Source: Candidatus Saccharimonadales bacterium
Lineage (GTDB): Bacteria; Patescibacteriota; Saccharimonadia; Saccharimonadales; UBA7683
Assembly (NCBI GenBank): GCA_046350615.1
Contig: JAXMAA010000001.1
Coordinates: 268,263-332,262, forward strand
DNA: 64,000 nucleotides
Direction: 5' to 3'
Shown here: positions 47,465 through 58,034 of the stretch, in pieces
Layout: every line of letters begins with the position of its first letter
Numbering within the stretch: the stretch's first letter is position 1
Translations under genes and position numbers: made by a program
The notes under the pieces: model-generated
Told to the model about the DNA's origin: nothing
Databases searched by the model: none
The model's input: only the letters and a program-made list of their open reading frames with translations

Positions 47465-47863
47465 TTACCAATTTTTAACAAGAATCGATATCTGCAAAAG
47501 AGTGGCAAAGCTGACCCATAGTAGATATGGAATCTGAGCAAAGCTGACCCATCGGGCTTTGCGCCACATCAAACAGATGATCCATATGATTGTCGTAAGT
47601 ACTACTAAAATATCGAACGTTGCTAGCAGTGGTCGCTGCCAATTGAAAAATAGCGAGGAGTAGAGCGCGTTAGAAATAAGGTTGATTACAAACGGTATTA
47701 GCAGTTGCTTGCCCCATCGTTTTTTGATCAACGTTTGGTAAATTACCCAGCCAAAGCTAATTGTAATAATGATATATAAAAACGGCCAGACAATGCCAAA
47801 AATATTACTCGGCAGTGCAAAGAATGGTTTCGCGAGAGAATTGTAATATTGTTGATAGTTCAT
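47465..47863 (-). CDS. TspO/MBR family tryptophan-rich sensory protein
   Basis: Five transmembrane helices. PSNIFGIVWPFLY and a Trp-rich C-terminal part are typical of TspO. Confidence 0.75.
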   Translation of the reverse strand: MNYQQYYNSLAKPFFALPSNIFGIVWPFLYIIITISFGWVIYQTLIKKRWGKQLLIPFVINLISNALYSSLFFNWQRPLLATFDILVVLTTIIWIICLMWRKARWVSFAQIPYLLWVSFATLLQISILVKNW

Positions 47864-47907
47864 AGCCTTAAGTGTAGCAGTTTCGTGCGCATGCTACACT
47901 TAAGGCT

Positions 47908-48687
47908 ATGCAGAAATTTACGTTAATTACTGGTGCTACCAGTGGTATTGGACTGGAACTTGCTAAGATTGCGGCTCGTGAAAAACGCAATCTTGTATTG
48001 ATAGCAAGGAGTAAGTCTAAACTTGAAGAGCTGCGGGATCAGATTCTTCGACAGGCCCAGAACGACACACAGCGGGTAGAGATCATGGCACTTGATCTCT
48101 CCAAATCTACCAGCGTCCAGAAGCTGTTTGCATTTTGTGAAAAGAGTAAGATTTTCATAGATGAACTTATTAACAATGCTGGTTTCGGCGATTACGGAAC
48201 GTTTGCTCAGAGCGATGTAAAACGCCAGCTTACTATGATTGATCTCAACATCCGCAGCCTTACCGAGCTCACCCATCTGCTGCTCCCTGCCATGATGGAG
48301 CAAAAAACGGGCAGGATCATGAACCTTGGCTCCGTTGCCAGCTTCCTGCCTGGACCGCTCATGAGCGTTTACTTTGCCAGCAAGAACTACGTGCTCAGTT
48401 TTTCAAGAGCCCTTCACGAAGAGCTGCGTGGCTGCGGCGTAAGTGTTACCTGCCTGTGCCCCGGCGCCACTCAAACCAATTTTGGCAAAAACGCCCAGGT
48501 AAGCGAAACTCATTCCACTGCCAACCCGAAAGTAACCGCACGCGAAGTTGCCGAGTTCGGTTGGTATCACATGCAAGCCGGCGACCCAATTGCAATCTAT
48601 GGCCGCGGCAACCGCACACTTCTACAAATAGTTAAATTCATCCCGAGAAACCTCCTCACAAGGCTGATAAAGCATATTCAAAAGTAA
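47908..48687 (+). CDS. SDR-family short-chain dehydrogenase/reductase
   Basis: TGATSGIGLELAK cofactor motif, NNAG, and a catalytic S...YxxxK (SVASFLPGPLMSVYFASK). Confidence 0.9.
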   Translation: MQKFTLITGATSGIGLELAKIAAREKRNLVLIARSKSKLEELRDQILRQAQNDTQRVEIMALDLSKSTSVQKLFAFCEKSKIFIDELINNAGFGDYGTFAQSDVKRQLTMIDLNIRSLTELTHLLLPAMMEQKTGRIMNLGSVASFLPGPLMSVYFASKNYVLSFSRALHEELRGCGVSVTCLCPGATQTNFGKNAQVSETHSTANPKVTAREVAEFGWYHMQAGDPIAIYGRGNRTLLQIVKFIPRNLLTRLIKHIQK

Positions 48688-48701
48688 GCCTTAGCGGCCA
48701 C

Positions 48702-49445
48702 TCACTTATTGATCTTGTCGTCCAGGTGCCGAATAGCATCCTTGAACTTTTCATTTACATCTTGGGCAAAAGGGTTTTCATGCATAATAGACATAAATAA
48801 ATCCCAACTGTCTTGCCCTTGAATATTTTTCATATCAAGGAGATCGTCATAGGCTAGCGTACTGAGCTCGCTATTTGGTATCTCCATAACATCCATTAAG
48901 CGCCCGACGTAATGGCTCAGCCCTTGTACGTAGGCCATCTCCTTATCATGCTGTTCTGGGGTTCGGCGTAAAACTTGAAGCTTCAGCTTAGATTGTAAGA
49001 ACTGTTCAAGTTCGGCAATCACCGCATCAGAAGCACGTACAGAGCTAACGACACAACGCAAGCCCTTGATGCCTCCGTTCTTGGCAATACTGGCAGGGCC
49101 AAACATCGGATGCGTACCAATAATCTGACAGGTATTCGGGAGGTGGTGCTCGAGAGCCTTTAGCGGCAACACTTTGACAGATGATACATCTATCACAGTT
49201 GCCTCAGGGTTTACAAGTTTGCGGTGCTGAGAAAAGAACAAATCAAAGAACTGAGCGGGGATAGAGGGAACGATTATCGGGCACGACAGAACATCCTCCA
49301 CGGGTGCGAAAGAAGCGCCGAAACCAGCCGCACCCGTTTGAGATGAACGAGAGCTCACGAGAATATCTGCGAAAGGAGCAAGGTACTCCAGCATCACTTT
49401 TGTGAAATCACCGTAACCAACAATACCTATTTGAAACTTACTCAT
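48702..49445 (-). CDS. Prephenate/arogenate dehydrogenase-like protein
   Basis: IGIVGYGDFTKVM (Rossmann) and the THPMFGP motif conserved in TyrA. Confidence 0.7.
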   Translation of the reverse strand: MSKFQIGIVGYGDFTKVMLEYLAPFADILVSSRSSQTGAAGFGASFAPVEDVLSCPIIVPSIPAQFFDLFFSQHRKLVNPEATVIDVSSVKVLPLKALEHHLPNTCQIIGTHPMFGPASIAKNGGIKGLRCVVSSVRASDAVIAELEQFLQSKLKLQVLRRTPEQHDKEMAYVQGLSHYVGRLMDVMEIPNSELSTLAYDDLLDMKNIQGQDSWDLFMSIMHENPFAQDVNEKFKDAIRHLDDKINK

Positions 49446-49699
49446 ACGAAACCTTTTGGTATATCGTTATCTTTCTGGCGGAACACACGGGTCTGGAACT
49501 TGTCCGCTGTCTCATATTCTAGCAGTTTTAAGATGAAAGTGAGACAAATGAGACACAGGACACCACATACAACAGTGTCTCATTTTTGATAAACTAACAG
49601 GGTGATAATATTGCTCATGAAAATTGCTAGAATCTATAGTATATGCTGTTGATACTCAAATATTCGAACTTGCCTTATATTAAGTGGCTGTGAGAAGTA

Positions 49700-50149
49700 T
49701 TATTCGGAAAGTGTTGCATGCTTGTTCCTGTGAAGCTGAGCAAGCATCAACCCTGTTATCACCATAAACGATACGAATGACATAAACGGGATTGTAATGA
49801 AGCCAAACCAGTTGATCTGTGGTACAGCACAAGAGCTATCTATGGAACATGTCGTGATTACTTCCTTGATAATACCCCACTGTAACAATGAGTGATAGAA
49901 AGCAATCAGAGATCCGATGATACTCATAGGCAGTACGTAATAAGCGGTATTGCTATCTTTTCGATATACCCCAACACCTAGAACAAAAGCTAGCGGGAAC
50001 ATGAAGATTCTTTGATACCAACACAGTGCGCACGGAGTCAAATGCATGGCTTCACTTAGTATCATACTACCGAATGTTGCTCCCAGAGCTACTAACCAAG
50101 TGAGTAGCGTTATGTCACTAAAAATCCACTTGGTAATTTTGCGTATCAT
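49700..50149 (-). CDS. Disulfide bond formation protein B (DsbB/BdbC family)
   Basis: Four transmembrane segments with a CALCWYQR first Cys pair and a second periplasmic Cys pair (CSIDSSC). Confidence 0.8.
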   Translation of the reverse strand: MIRKITKWIFSDITLLTWLVALGATFGSMILSEAMHLTPCALCWYQRIFMFPLAFVLGVGVYRKDSNTAYYVLPMSIIGSLIAFYHSLLQWGIIKEVITTCSIDSSCAVPQINWFGFITIPFMSFVSFMVITGLMLAQLHRNKHATLSE

Positions 50150-50167
50150 GTTAACCCCATTCTACTA

Positions 50168-51340
50168 TTATTTACAGATTGAACAAACTTCTTCATCAAC
50201 AAACCCATATCGCCACACCGTTACGGCTTTTAAAAAAGGTAGAAAAGTTAGATACAGCTTTAGGTCGGCTAGTCGGCGTAAAAGCCAGCCTAGCCGTCCA
50301 TAAATACGTACTCTACCCCAAAGCACGGCTGCCCAACGTGCTCCCACCGGAATGGCGTATATAGGTTGCCTAGGCTTATAGGCATGCAGAGACTTCCCTT
50401 TTTCTTGTCGTATCAAGTTTCTAACCACAAATCTGGCATCATAAAGAGCGGTTTGAGCCATGCCACTATATTCGGTTACAGCGCTGTCACCAATTACGTA
50501 AATATCAGGGTCTGATTGAAGGTATTCATCTACTACCACACGGTTGGCTTTGCCTAGTTTAAATATTGCAGGAAATTGACTGAAGAACGAATTATTGGCA
50601 ACCCCAGCCGTCCATATAACAGTGTGGGAAAGAATCGGACCTTTAGGTAGTTGAATGCTATCGAGAGTCTCAGATTTTACTGGTGTGTTAAATAAAGTCT
50701 TCACACCAAGTTTATTAAGACGTTTTGTAACAATTTTTGAAAAATCTTTGGGCATTGCCACTAATGCTCGCGGACTAGCTTCTACCAGGTCTACCGTAAA
50801 CGAGGTTGTAATGTTATGTTTGCGGCGAATAGTCTGTAAATATGCTGTTAGCTCGGCACTGAGCTCCACGCCAGTTGCTCCTGCACCAATGACCACATAA
50901 TTGCGTTCAGACTCAGCTGAAAGGAGCTGTTCGTGTAGGTGACGCTTTAGCTTTAAGGCTTCGTGGATAGTTTTAACACCGTAGGCAAAATCTTTTAGCC
51001 CACCAATTGCGTAATACTCTGTTACGTTACCGAGTGCAAAAATCAGAAAATCATATTCGTATTTTGAGCCAGATTCACCAATTAACCTTCGTTCGTTTTT
51101 GATTATACCACTGATAGTGTCTTCAATTACTTCAATGTTACGTGCGTATCTAAAAAAGTCGTGCAATGGAATAGCAACTTCAAGTGGTGAGCGTCCTGTT
51201 GCCGAACGATATAAGGCGGCGTGGTACTCAAAATAACTTTGCTTGGAAATGAGTTTAACCTCAAAACCCTTCTTATTAGCAAGTAATAATGCAGCACGAA
51301 CTCCCCCGAACCCACCACCAACTACAACCACTCTCGTCAT
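50168..51340 (-). CDS. NAD(P)/FAD-dependent oxidoreductase (type II NADH dehydrogenase-like)
   Basis: VVVVGGGFGGV (FAD-binding GxGxxG) and a second dinucleotide motif VVIGAGATGVE. Confidence 0.8.
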   Translation of the reverse strand: MTRVVVVGGGFGGVRAALLLANKKGFEVKLISKQSYFEYHAALYRSATGRSPLEVAIPLHDFFRYARNIEVIEDTISGIIKNERRLIGESGSKYEYDFLIFALGNVTEYYAIGGLKDFAYGVKTIHEALKLKRHLHEQLLSAESERNYVVIGAGATGVELSAELTAYLQTIRRKHNITTSFTVDLVEASPRALVAMPKDFSKIVTKRLNKLGVKTLFNTPVKSETLDSIQLPKGPILSHTVIWTAGVANNSFFSQFPAIFKLGKANRVVVDEYLQSDPDIYVIGDSAVTEYSGMAQTALYDARFVVRNLIRQEKGKSLHAYKPRQPIYAIPVGARWAAVLWGRVRIYGRLGWLLRRLADLKLYLTFLPFLKAVTVWRYGFVDEEVCSICK

Positions 51341-52999
51341 CTAGAATTTCTTTCTCATATGTTTTTTCGAAAACTCAAAATCCGCATCGGTTTTTTTATG
51401 CGGGTTAAATATGTTATCTGGATCAAATAGGCTTTTTAGTTGTTTAAAAATATCTATCATGGCAGAGCTATACATACGTTCAAGCATTGGACCGCGAATT
51501 AAGCCATCATTATGTTCTCCGGATAATGAGCCGTTATGCTCTAGTACCAAATCAGTCACTTCTTCCAAAACAGGGTATATTTTTTTCCGCTCTGATAAAT
51601 CTTGTAAATTCATCAACGGAATAATATGAAAATTGCCATCACCCATATGCCCTGCAACGGTATAGGTCAATTTATTGCGTTCTAAAATTTCGGTTAACTT
51701 TGGCAAAAACTCTGGTAATGTTTCTGGCGGCACAATCAAATCATCAATAAATGGTGCCGTATGCTTACGATTAACGTTTTTTCTTAGTAAATTAAAGCTC
51801 TCTCGGCGCATGACCCAAAACTTTTCTTCTTGGTGTTTGTTTTCAGCCAGTTGAGTCTCAATATTTCTGCCCTGCATCGTTTCTTGCAAATGGTGAATTT
51901 TGATATCGATATCAGATTGTTTTTCATCCTCAAATTCGCAGAGCATAATGATCTTAGGGAAGTTCGGTAAAAAGCGAAGTAAGTGTTTTAAAACCGGGAT
52001 AAAGCTTAGCCCGAGCAATATGAATCGCTTCCAGCCCAGTGTTTGACGAAAACTAAAGAAGAATCTAAATGCAAATTTTAAGGTGTGATCATCGAACGAC
52101 TCCAGGCTAGTTGGTTTAAGGGGCAAGATATCATTAATGATCTCCCCGAGGTTGTCTAGACTCTTCAGAAAAACAACAACCATGCCAGATAATGGCAGAG
52201 CTGGTACAAGTTTAAAAGTAACTTCAGTTACAAGACCTAACGTACCTTGAGACCCAACTATAACTTTGGTTATATCAAATACTTGCCCATCCCAAACGTC
52301 CCACAGGTTATAAGCGGTTGAGTTTTTACTAACCTTTGGTTTTGAATCCTTAAGAATCACTCCATTTTCTGTCACTAACTTATACACTCCTCGATATAGA
52401 TCACCCTCAAAGCCTTGTTGTTTCAATTTTATCTTTAGAGCCTCTTTGCTGATCGGATTAAATGTGTGTTCTTTGCCGTCGCTAAGTACGACTTTAAGCT
52501 GTTCTATGTACCTGTCGGTCTTTCCGTAGACCAGTGATTTTTCACCTCCAGCATTGTTGGCCACCATGCCCCCAACCATACAGAGTTCTCTTGAGGCTGG
52601 GTATGACGGCATCAGTAATCCTTCGCTGAGAGTTTTTGGTTCAAGATCACGATAATACACACCTGGCTGAGACTTTATTTGATTCTTTTCAACTTGTCCT
52701 ACGTCTGTAAAGTAGCGCTCAAAAGCAACAATAATAGAGTCGTTGATAGCCCCTCCGGACATATCCGTGCCACCGCTACGACCAGTTAAGGATAGACCCG
52801 CTGAAGTCTTTTTATGTCTAACCACATACTCAACCAGCTTACAGACATCGGTAGCATCTTTAGGGAAGACAACTAGCTCTGGTTTTATTTCAAACAAACT
52901 GGCGTCATGACTGTAAAAAGCACGGGTCTCAGTACCAGTTACGACATCCCCATCAATGAGCTCTTTTAAGTCGTGGGCGGTATCGGTTGCGGCATTCAT
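51341..52999 (-). CDS. FAD-linked oxidase (GlcD/D-lactate-dehydrogenase-like)
   Basis: N-terminal FAD-binding PCMH-type domain (TGRSGGTDMSGGA) and a C-terminal FAD-oxidase domain ending HGDGNFH...GSLSGEHNDG. Confidence 0.8.
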   Translation of the reverse strand: MNAATDTAHDLKELIDGDVVTGTETRAFYSHDASLFEIKPELVVFPKDATDVCKLVEYVVRHKKTSAGLSLTGRSGGTDMSGGAINDSIIVAFERYFTDVGQVEKNQIKSQPGVYYRDLEPKTLSEGLLMPSYPASRELCMVGGMVANNAGGEKSLVYGKTDRYIEQLKVVLSDGKEHTFNPISKEALKIKLKQQGFEGDLYRGVYKLVTENGVILKDSKPKVSKNSTAYNLWDVWDGQVFDITKVIVGSQGTLGLVTEVTFKLVPALPLSGMVVVFLKSLDNLGEIINDILPLKPTSLESFDDHTLKFAFRFFFSFRQTLGWKRFILLGLSFIPVLKHLLRFLPNFPKIIMLCEFEDEKQSDIDIKIHHLQETMQGRNIETQLAENKHQEEKFWVMRRESFNLLRKNVNRKHTAPFIDDLIVPPETLPEFLPKLTEILERNKLTYTVAGHMGDGNFHIIPLMNLQDLSERKKIYPVLEEVTDLVLEHNGSLSGEHNDGLIRGPMLERMYSSAMIDIFKQLKSLFDPDNIFNPHKKTDADFEFSKKHMRKKF

Positions 53000-53009
53000 A
53001 AAGTTAAGC

Positions 53010-53549
53010 TTATTCTAGTATAGGTAGCCGTTTAACGAGAGGCTGTTTGATCCACCAGTTACGCAAGCCCCAAACCTGATCTTTGTTTGAAGCCAATAAT
53101 CCAAGCAAAATAATCGAGTAGATTATATGCTCGTCAATAATAGGGTTATTTTCTGGCAACAACATTGAGGACCACATCATGATCATTAACAGTACACCAG
53201 AAATTATCGCCAAACGCATACCAATTCCTGCCACTAAAGCAACGCCAATAAGAAGTAGTCCGGCCATAAAAAGCACGTCTACAAATGAATTGCCGGCCAA
53301 ACCCTGATAAAAATCTGCCAGAGGTCCTTTAGTTGCGAATTTTAAAAACCCGGCCGTAGGTGACCCGCCCTGGTACCAGGATTGTTCGCACATCACAGTG
53401 ACTACATTTGTTGAAGCATCTCTACAGGTAGAAAATCCAAGACCAAATAATTTATCAAAAAAAGCCCACAAAAAAGTAAGACCCAAGGCAATCCGCACAC
53501 CTGCCCAAGCATATATTGATTTGTCACTTTTTGATTTTAATATTGTCAT
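53010..53549 (-). CDS. DoxX-family membrane protein
   Basis: Four hydrophobic helices. The N-terminal AWAGVRIALGLTFLWAFFDKLFG pattern is typical of DoxX. Confidence 0.65.
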   Translation of the reverse strand: MTILKSKSDKSIYAWAGVRIALGLTFLWAFFDKLFGLGFSTCRDASTNVVTVMCEQSWYQGGSPTAGFLKFATKGPLADFYQGLAGNSFVDVLFMAGLLLIGVALVAGIGMRLAIISGVLLMIMMWSSMLLPENNPIIDEHIIYSIILLGLLASNKDQVWGLRNWWIKQPLVKRLPILE

Positions 53550-53766
53550 CGTTGAAGCCCTCCTTTTATTCCTTATACTTATAAATATACTCTCTTGGGC
53601 GCAATAACGACAGTAAGGAGGTGCAACATGAACAGCCTCGGGTTGCAGTTTTTATACCTTCATCTTCACTTTGAGCTCTCTAGCAATAGACGAGTCATAT
53701 AATGTAATCAAAATCAACCTGTTGTAATGTACATTAGTTTCAGCGACCCACGATTAATGAGATGAT

Positions 53767-54075
53767 GTGTATATGCCAACACCCAAAGTCCAGCGAATGC
53801 TAAAGCGGCTCTTGCTTGATCCTGAGTTTCAAAAACTATGTGCCAAAACACAGGCGGATCAGAAGCTCTTCAACGCAGCTGGTCAGGAATACTCAGCTGA
53901 TGATACGGCAACAATGTATAACTCTACCGACACAGCAAGCACCTGGTACAACGATATCAATCCAGGCAACAGCGTGAGCGGTGTGATCGTCTTCGACCTA
54001 CCAAAAGATCAAACACCAGTGAGTGCGGAACTACATGATAGCGCCTTCTCAAACGGCGTAAAAGTAAACCTGTAA
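53767..54075 (+). CDS. Hypothetical protein; the C-terminal part resembles a truncated DUF4352-type secreted domain
   Basis: The C-terminal GNSVSGVIVFDLPKDQTPVSAELHDS pattern suggests a possible fragment of a larger gene next to the recombinase. Confidence 0.35.
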   Translation: MYMPTPKVQRMLKRLLLDPEFQKLCAKTQADQKLFNAAGQEYSADDTATMYNSTDTASTWYNDINPGNSVSGVIVFDLPKDQTPVSAELHDSAFSNGVKVNL

Positions 54076-54118
54076 TAGGGCTAGACTTACAGGTCACTTG
54101 GCGGTACCTTGTTGATGC

Positions 54119-55453
54119 ATGGAGCAAACCCTCTCTCAACAGGTATCGCAAACACCAAAAACAGCGACTATTCGGTGGTGCCTGTATGCACGTAAATCTT
54201 CCGAGCAAGACGAGCGCCAAGCGCTATCTATCGAACAACAGCTCAAAGAGATGCAACTGCTTGCAGACCACTGGGGCATTGAAATTAGTGAGATACGCCA
54301 AGAAAGCCATTCATCTAAAGTTGCTGGGGCACGACCAATTTTCAACCGGCTTATTAAAGATATTCAACTAGGCTACTTTAATGGAATAATTTCGTGGGCA
54401 CCGGATCGCCTTAGCAGATCAGCGGGTGATCTGGGGGTCTTAGTTGATTTAATGGATCAAGGCAAGCTGGTGGAAATCAGAACCCACAGCCAGACGTTCA
54501 CGAATAATCCGAACGAAAAATTCCTCCTTATGATCCTTGGTTCTCAGGCCAAACTAGAGAACGATAACAGAGGCCTAAACGTAATACGAGGTCTCCACAA
54601 CAAGGCCGCCAATGGCTGGAGGCCAGGACAAGCACCAATTGGCTATCTTAATAATGGGCATGGTGAGGAGAAAATCATTGTAGACGAAGAACGGTCGACA
54701 GTTATTGCAGAAATGTTCGAGCGGGTTGGCAAGCAAGCTCACACAGGGAGAGACATCAAACGTTGGCTAAATGATATAAACTTCCGTAGTCGACAGGGTA
54801 AGCGACTGGCACTAAGCCACATTTACCGAACGTTGCAAAACCCTTTTTACTACGGTAGATTCCAATACCCGAAAACAAATCCTGAGCTATATAACGGCAA
54901 GCATATGCCAATTATTAGCAAAGCTCTGTGGGATGAAGTGCAGATTCAGCTAACGGTAGCACCAAAAGCACCGGCAGGCACCAAAGAATTCAGTTTTACC
55001 AAAATCCTAAAGTGCGGTGTATGCAGAACTGGCATTACCGCTGAAGAAAAACTCAAACGTATTAAGTCAACTGGTGAGATTAGACGCTATGTCTACTACC
55101 ATTGTGGGCGTGCCAATGACCTGGACTGTATTCAGCCCTACATTCGAGAGGGTGAACTGATGAGTGAGCTTCTAAAGCTCGTAGATAGACTCAATTTGGA
55201 TGAAATTGGGGCTCAAGAGCAATTTAAAGATGAACTAGAGCGCTACCAACGGTTTAATGGAGTCCTCGGTTATACAGGCGATGAGTTGATCCAAAAACCA
55301 GCCATAGACCTGAAGGCTTATGCAAAATACGTACTTGAAAACGGAACCAGAGAAGAAAAACGGGAAATCTTAAAGTATGTTGATGGCGAATTACTTCTCA
55401 AAGATCGACAGGTTTATGTCGAGCGAAAACCAAGGCCTAAAATGTTTGACTAA
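54119..55453 (+). CDS. Large serine recombinase (serine integrase/resolvase family)
   Basis: N-terminal catalytic domain (YARKSSEQDERQALSIEQQ...SWAPDRLSRS), a recombinase domain and a zinc-ribbon CGVCRTG...YYHCGR. Confidence 0.85.
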   Translation: MEQTLSQQVSQTPKTATIRWCLYARKSSEQDERQALSIEQQLKEMQLLADHWGIEISEIRQESHSSKVAGARPIFNRLIKDIQLGYFNGIISWAPDRLSRSAGDLGVLVDLMDQGKLVEIRTHSQTFTNNPNEKFLLMILGSQAKLENDNRGLNVIRGLHNKAANGWRPGQAPIGYLNNGHGEEKIIVDEERSTVIAEMFERVGKQAHTGRDIKRWLNDINFRSRQGKRLALSHIYRTLQNPFYYGRFQYPKTNPELYNGKHMPIISKALWDEVQIQLTVAPKAPAGTKEFSFTKILKCGVCRTGITAEEKLKRIKSTGEIRRYVYYHCGRANDLDCIQPYIREGELMSELLKLVDRLNLDEIGAQEQFKDELERYQRFNGVLGYTGDELIQKPAIDLKAYAKYVLENGTREEKREILKYVDGELLLKDRQVYVERKPRPKMFD

Positions 55454-55589
55454 AGAAGTTCGAATTCTACTCCCCTAAAGAGCGGGAATGGTAATATCCT
55501 GGCCTTTTCATCGTATTTTGGCATAAATTAAAACAACGCCCTCCTATAGTATGCATTTAGGGGAACAGGTCGTTTTAGAACTTTATTCT

Positions 55590-55681
55590 TGGCGGAGAGA
55601 GCGGGATTCGAACCCGCGATTGCGTTGCCACAATACACGCTTTCCAAGCGTGCTCCTTCAACCACTCGGACACCTCTCCGC
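55590..55681 (-). tRNA. tRNA-Ser (anticodon GGA) with long variable arm; CCA encoded
   Basis: rc: GCGGAGAGGTGTCCGAGTGGTTGAAGGAGCACGCTTGGAAAGCGTGTATTGTGGCAACGCAATCGCGGGTTCGAATCCCGCTCTCTCCGCCA. Anticodon loop TTGGAAA, T-arm CGGGTTCGAATCCCG. Confidence 0.9.
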
Positions 55682-55899
55682 GTCAGCGTTCACTTCAAGT
55701 TTCAGTTTCAGACTAAAGCCTAGAAGCCTTCGCATTCCGTTACGCCTCCTTTCAAATTGAAAAAGTCGCCCTTGGCTTTGTTTTTCAATTTGGTGGTTTT
55801 ACTATACACGATTCACCACTCACGAACAACGAAACTAACAGATGAAAACCGGTACGCTTATGGTTGGTTTATGCTTTTTACTGCGCTACAATAAAGGCA

Positions 55900-56754
55900 A
55901 TGAATGTTATTGAACTCACCGAAATCAGCCGCGTTTTTGGACTGGGGAATGGCGCCACTCGAGCGCTCAAAGGGGTGAATTTGAGCGTGCCAAAGGGTGA
56001 GTTTTTGGTAATCATGGGGCCAAGCGGATCTGGTAAAAGCACGCTGCTCAATATTATTGGCCTGCTTGATCAGCCGGATGACGGCGAATACAAGCTCGAC
56101 GGCCGCGATGTAGCCTTTTTAAGCCAACGCCGCCGCGCCAAAATTCGCCGCAATCATATTGGCTTTATTTTTCAGAACTTCAACCTGATCGGCCGGATGA
56201 ATATTTTAGAGAACGTCAGCCTGCCGCTCCTCTACAAAGGCATCGCTACCATCAAACGATATGAACGCGCCAGTGAAATTTTGAGATATCTTGGCATTCA
56301 AGAAAAAGAGTATTACCTGCCAAACCAGCTTTCTGGCGGCCAGCTGCAACGCGCAGCCATCGCCCGTGCCATGGTTAATCGCCCAAGTATTGTGCTAGCT
56401 GATGAGCCAACTGGCAATCTCGACACCAAGGCTACGAAAATTATCATGGCAGCCCTAAGAGAGATTCACGAAGCCGGCAACACTATCGTCATGGTCACGC
56501 ATAATCCAGATCTTGCCGCGTATGGTGATCGTGTTATAAAAATGCTCGATGGCCGCATTACCGAAGAGCTAACGGGTAGCTCAATCACTAAGGACTTACA
56601 GGAGCAGAAGAAAGAGGCGGAAGAGATTGTGAAAGCCGCAACTAGCCTGGCAGTCAGAAAGCCAAGAAGGAAGAAGGCTGCACACAGTAAGCAGATAAGG
56701 GATAAGAAGAAAGCCAAGAAGACAGGTTCGCGCAGAAAAGGGGCCAAGAAATGA
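55900..56754 (+). CDS. ABC transporter ATP-binding protein (MacB/LolD-like) with a Lys-rich C-terminal tail
   Basis: [12 protein letters not shown] Walker [15 protein letters not shown] signature, ADEPTGNLD Walker B and H-loop TIVMVTHN. Confidence 0.9.
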   Translation: MNVIELTEISRVFGLGNGATRALKGVNLSVPKGEFLVIMGPSGSGKSTLLNIIGLLDQPDDGEYKLDGRDVAFLSQRRRAKIRRNHIGFIFQNFNLIGRMNILENVSLPLLYKGIATIKRYERASEILRYLGIQEKEYYLPNQLSGGQLQRAAIARAMVNRPSIVLADEPTGNLDTKATKIIMAALREIHEAGNTIVMVTHNPDLAAYGDRVIKMLDGRITEELTGSSITKDLQEQKKEAEEIVKAATSLAVRKPRRKKAAHSKQIRDKKKAKKTGSRRKGAKK

Positions 56755-57965
56755 TCAAACAACACGCTCGAATGGCCGTTAATTCTCTTCGCAGTAATAA
56801 AGTTCGCACCTTTTTGACTTTACTCGGTATTATCATTGGTGTCACCTCAGTTACCACCGTAATTGGGCTTGGCGAGGGTGTCAAACGGCAAGTGAACCAA
56901 CAGATTAATGATCTTGGAAGCGACTTGATTACTATTGTACCTGGCCGAAATGCAACCATTAGTGGCTTTGATTCGCTCAGCGGCATACTCGGAAGTAATA
57001 CTTCGAGCGCGCGTCTCAGTGAAGCCGACCTTACTAGCGTCTCAAAACTACAGAACATTGATGCCGCCGGTGGTGTTATGCAGCTTGATAGCTCAATCGC
57101 CAGGGGTGAGAAGAAGCGTAACATTAAAGTCCTGGCTGTTGGTGAGGACTACCTTGAACTTACCCGCCAGAAGCTCACTAGCGGCCAATTTTTTGGGGGT
57201 AATTTAGAAAACAATAACACTGTTATTCTTGCCAGTAATGTGGCTCAAGAACTTTTTGGCAGCGACGACCCTATCGGCAGCAGCGTGACCATCCGCGGTA
57301 CTAACTTTGTCATCATTGGCGTGCTTGATGCCTCCAAGGGCTTCAATCTTGGCAGACCAATCAACGACCTAGTCTTGATCCCCCTCCCTACTGGCAAAAT
57401 GCTCAATCAAGATACCGCTCAGCTGCAACAGATCACCGTTAAAGTAAAAGATATCAATCAAAGCAAAGCCACTGCAGAAGCAATTAACGATGCTCTTCTG
57501 AAAAATCACAGCGGCGAAGAGGATTTCACCGTTACCACCCAAGATCAGTTGGTTAATACCACCGATTACGTGTTTCGGGTTCTCACCGGCTTTACTGCCG
57601 CCGTGGCCTCTATTTCACTGCTCGTGGGCGGGATTGGCGTCATGAACATTATGCTGGTAACTGTTACAGAGCGAACCCGTGAGATCGGCGTTCGGAAAGC
57701 TGTTGGCGCAACCAAGCTTCAGATTATGATGCAATTCCTGGTTGAAGCGCTCGCTATCACGCTTGCAGGCGGCCTAATTGGTATTTTAACGAGCTTGCTT
57801 GCTGGTTACATCATTCGCACCCAAACCGCCGTCAAACCCGCCATGGATCTCTGGATCATCCTTCTCGCCACCGGCGTATCTTTAATGGTCGGTATCATCT
57901 TCGGCACCTGGCCCGCCATTCGTGCCGCCCGCAAAGACCCCATCGAAGCCCTCCGCCACGATTAA
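56751..57965 (+). CDS. ABC transporter permease (FtsX/MacB-type)
   Basis: N-terminal transmembrane helix, a large extracytoplasmic MacB-like domain and a C-terminal FtsX four-helix bundle. It overlaps the ATPase stop by 4 nt, suggesting an operon. Confidence 0.9.
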   Translation: MIKQHARMAVNSLRSNKVRTFLTLLGIIIGVTSVTTVIGLGEGVKRQVNQQINDLGSDLITIVPGRNATISGFDSLSGILGSNTSSARLSEADLTSVSKLQNIDAAGGVMQLDSSIARGEKKRNIKVLAVGEDYLELTRQKLTSGQFFGGNLENNNTVILASNVAQELFGSDDPIGSSVTIRGTNFVIIGVLDASKGFNLGRPINDLVLIPLPTGKMLNQDTAQLQQITVKVKDINQSKATAEAINDALLKNHSGEEDFTVTTQDQLVNTTDYVFRVLTGFTAAVASISLLVGGIGVMNIMLVTVTERTREIGVRKAVGATKLQIMMQFLVEALAITLAGGLIGILTSLLAGYIIRTQTAVKPAMDLWIILLATGVSLMVGIIFGTWPAIRAARKDPIEALRHD

Positions 57966-58034
57966 CCTTCCGTCACTCCTGCGCAGGTGGGAATGCAGGG
58001 GGAGGATATTCAGGAACAGGCCCAGAATGACGGC

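Noticed and set aside
49540-49590. Hairpin atgagacac...gtgtctcat plus T5 as a terminator
   Set aside because: It lies between the start of a minus-strand gene (49445) and the end of another minus-strand gene (49700). On the minus strand the T-run is weak, and on the plus strand no gene precedes it. The function is unclear, so it is not called.
55551-55760. 69-aa plus-strand ORF
   Set aside because: It overlaps tRNA-Ser(GGA) on the opposite strand and is an artefact.
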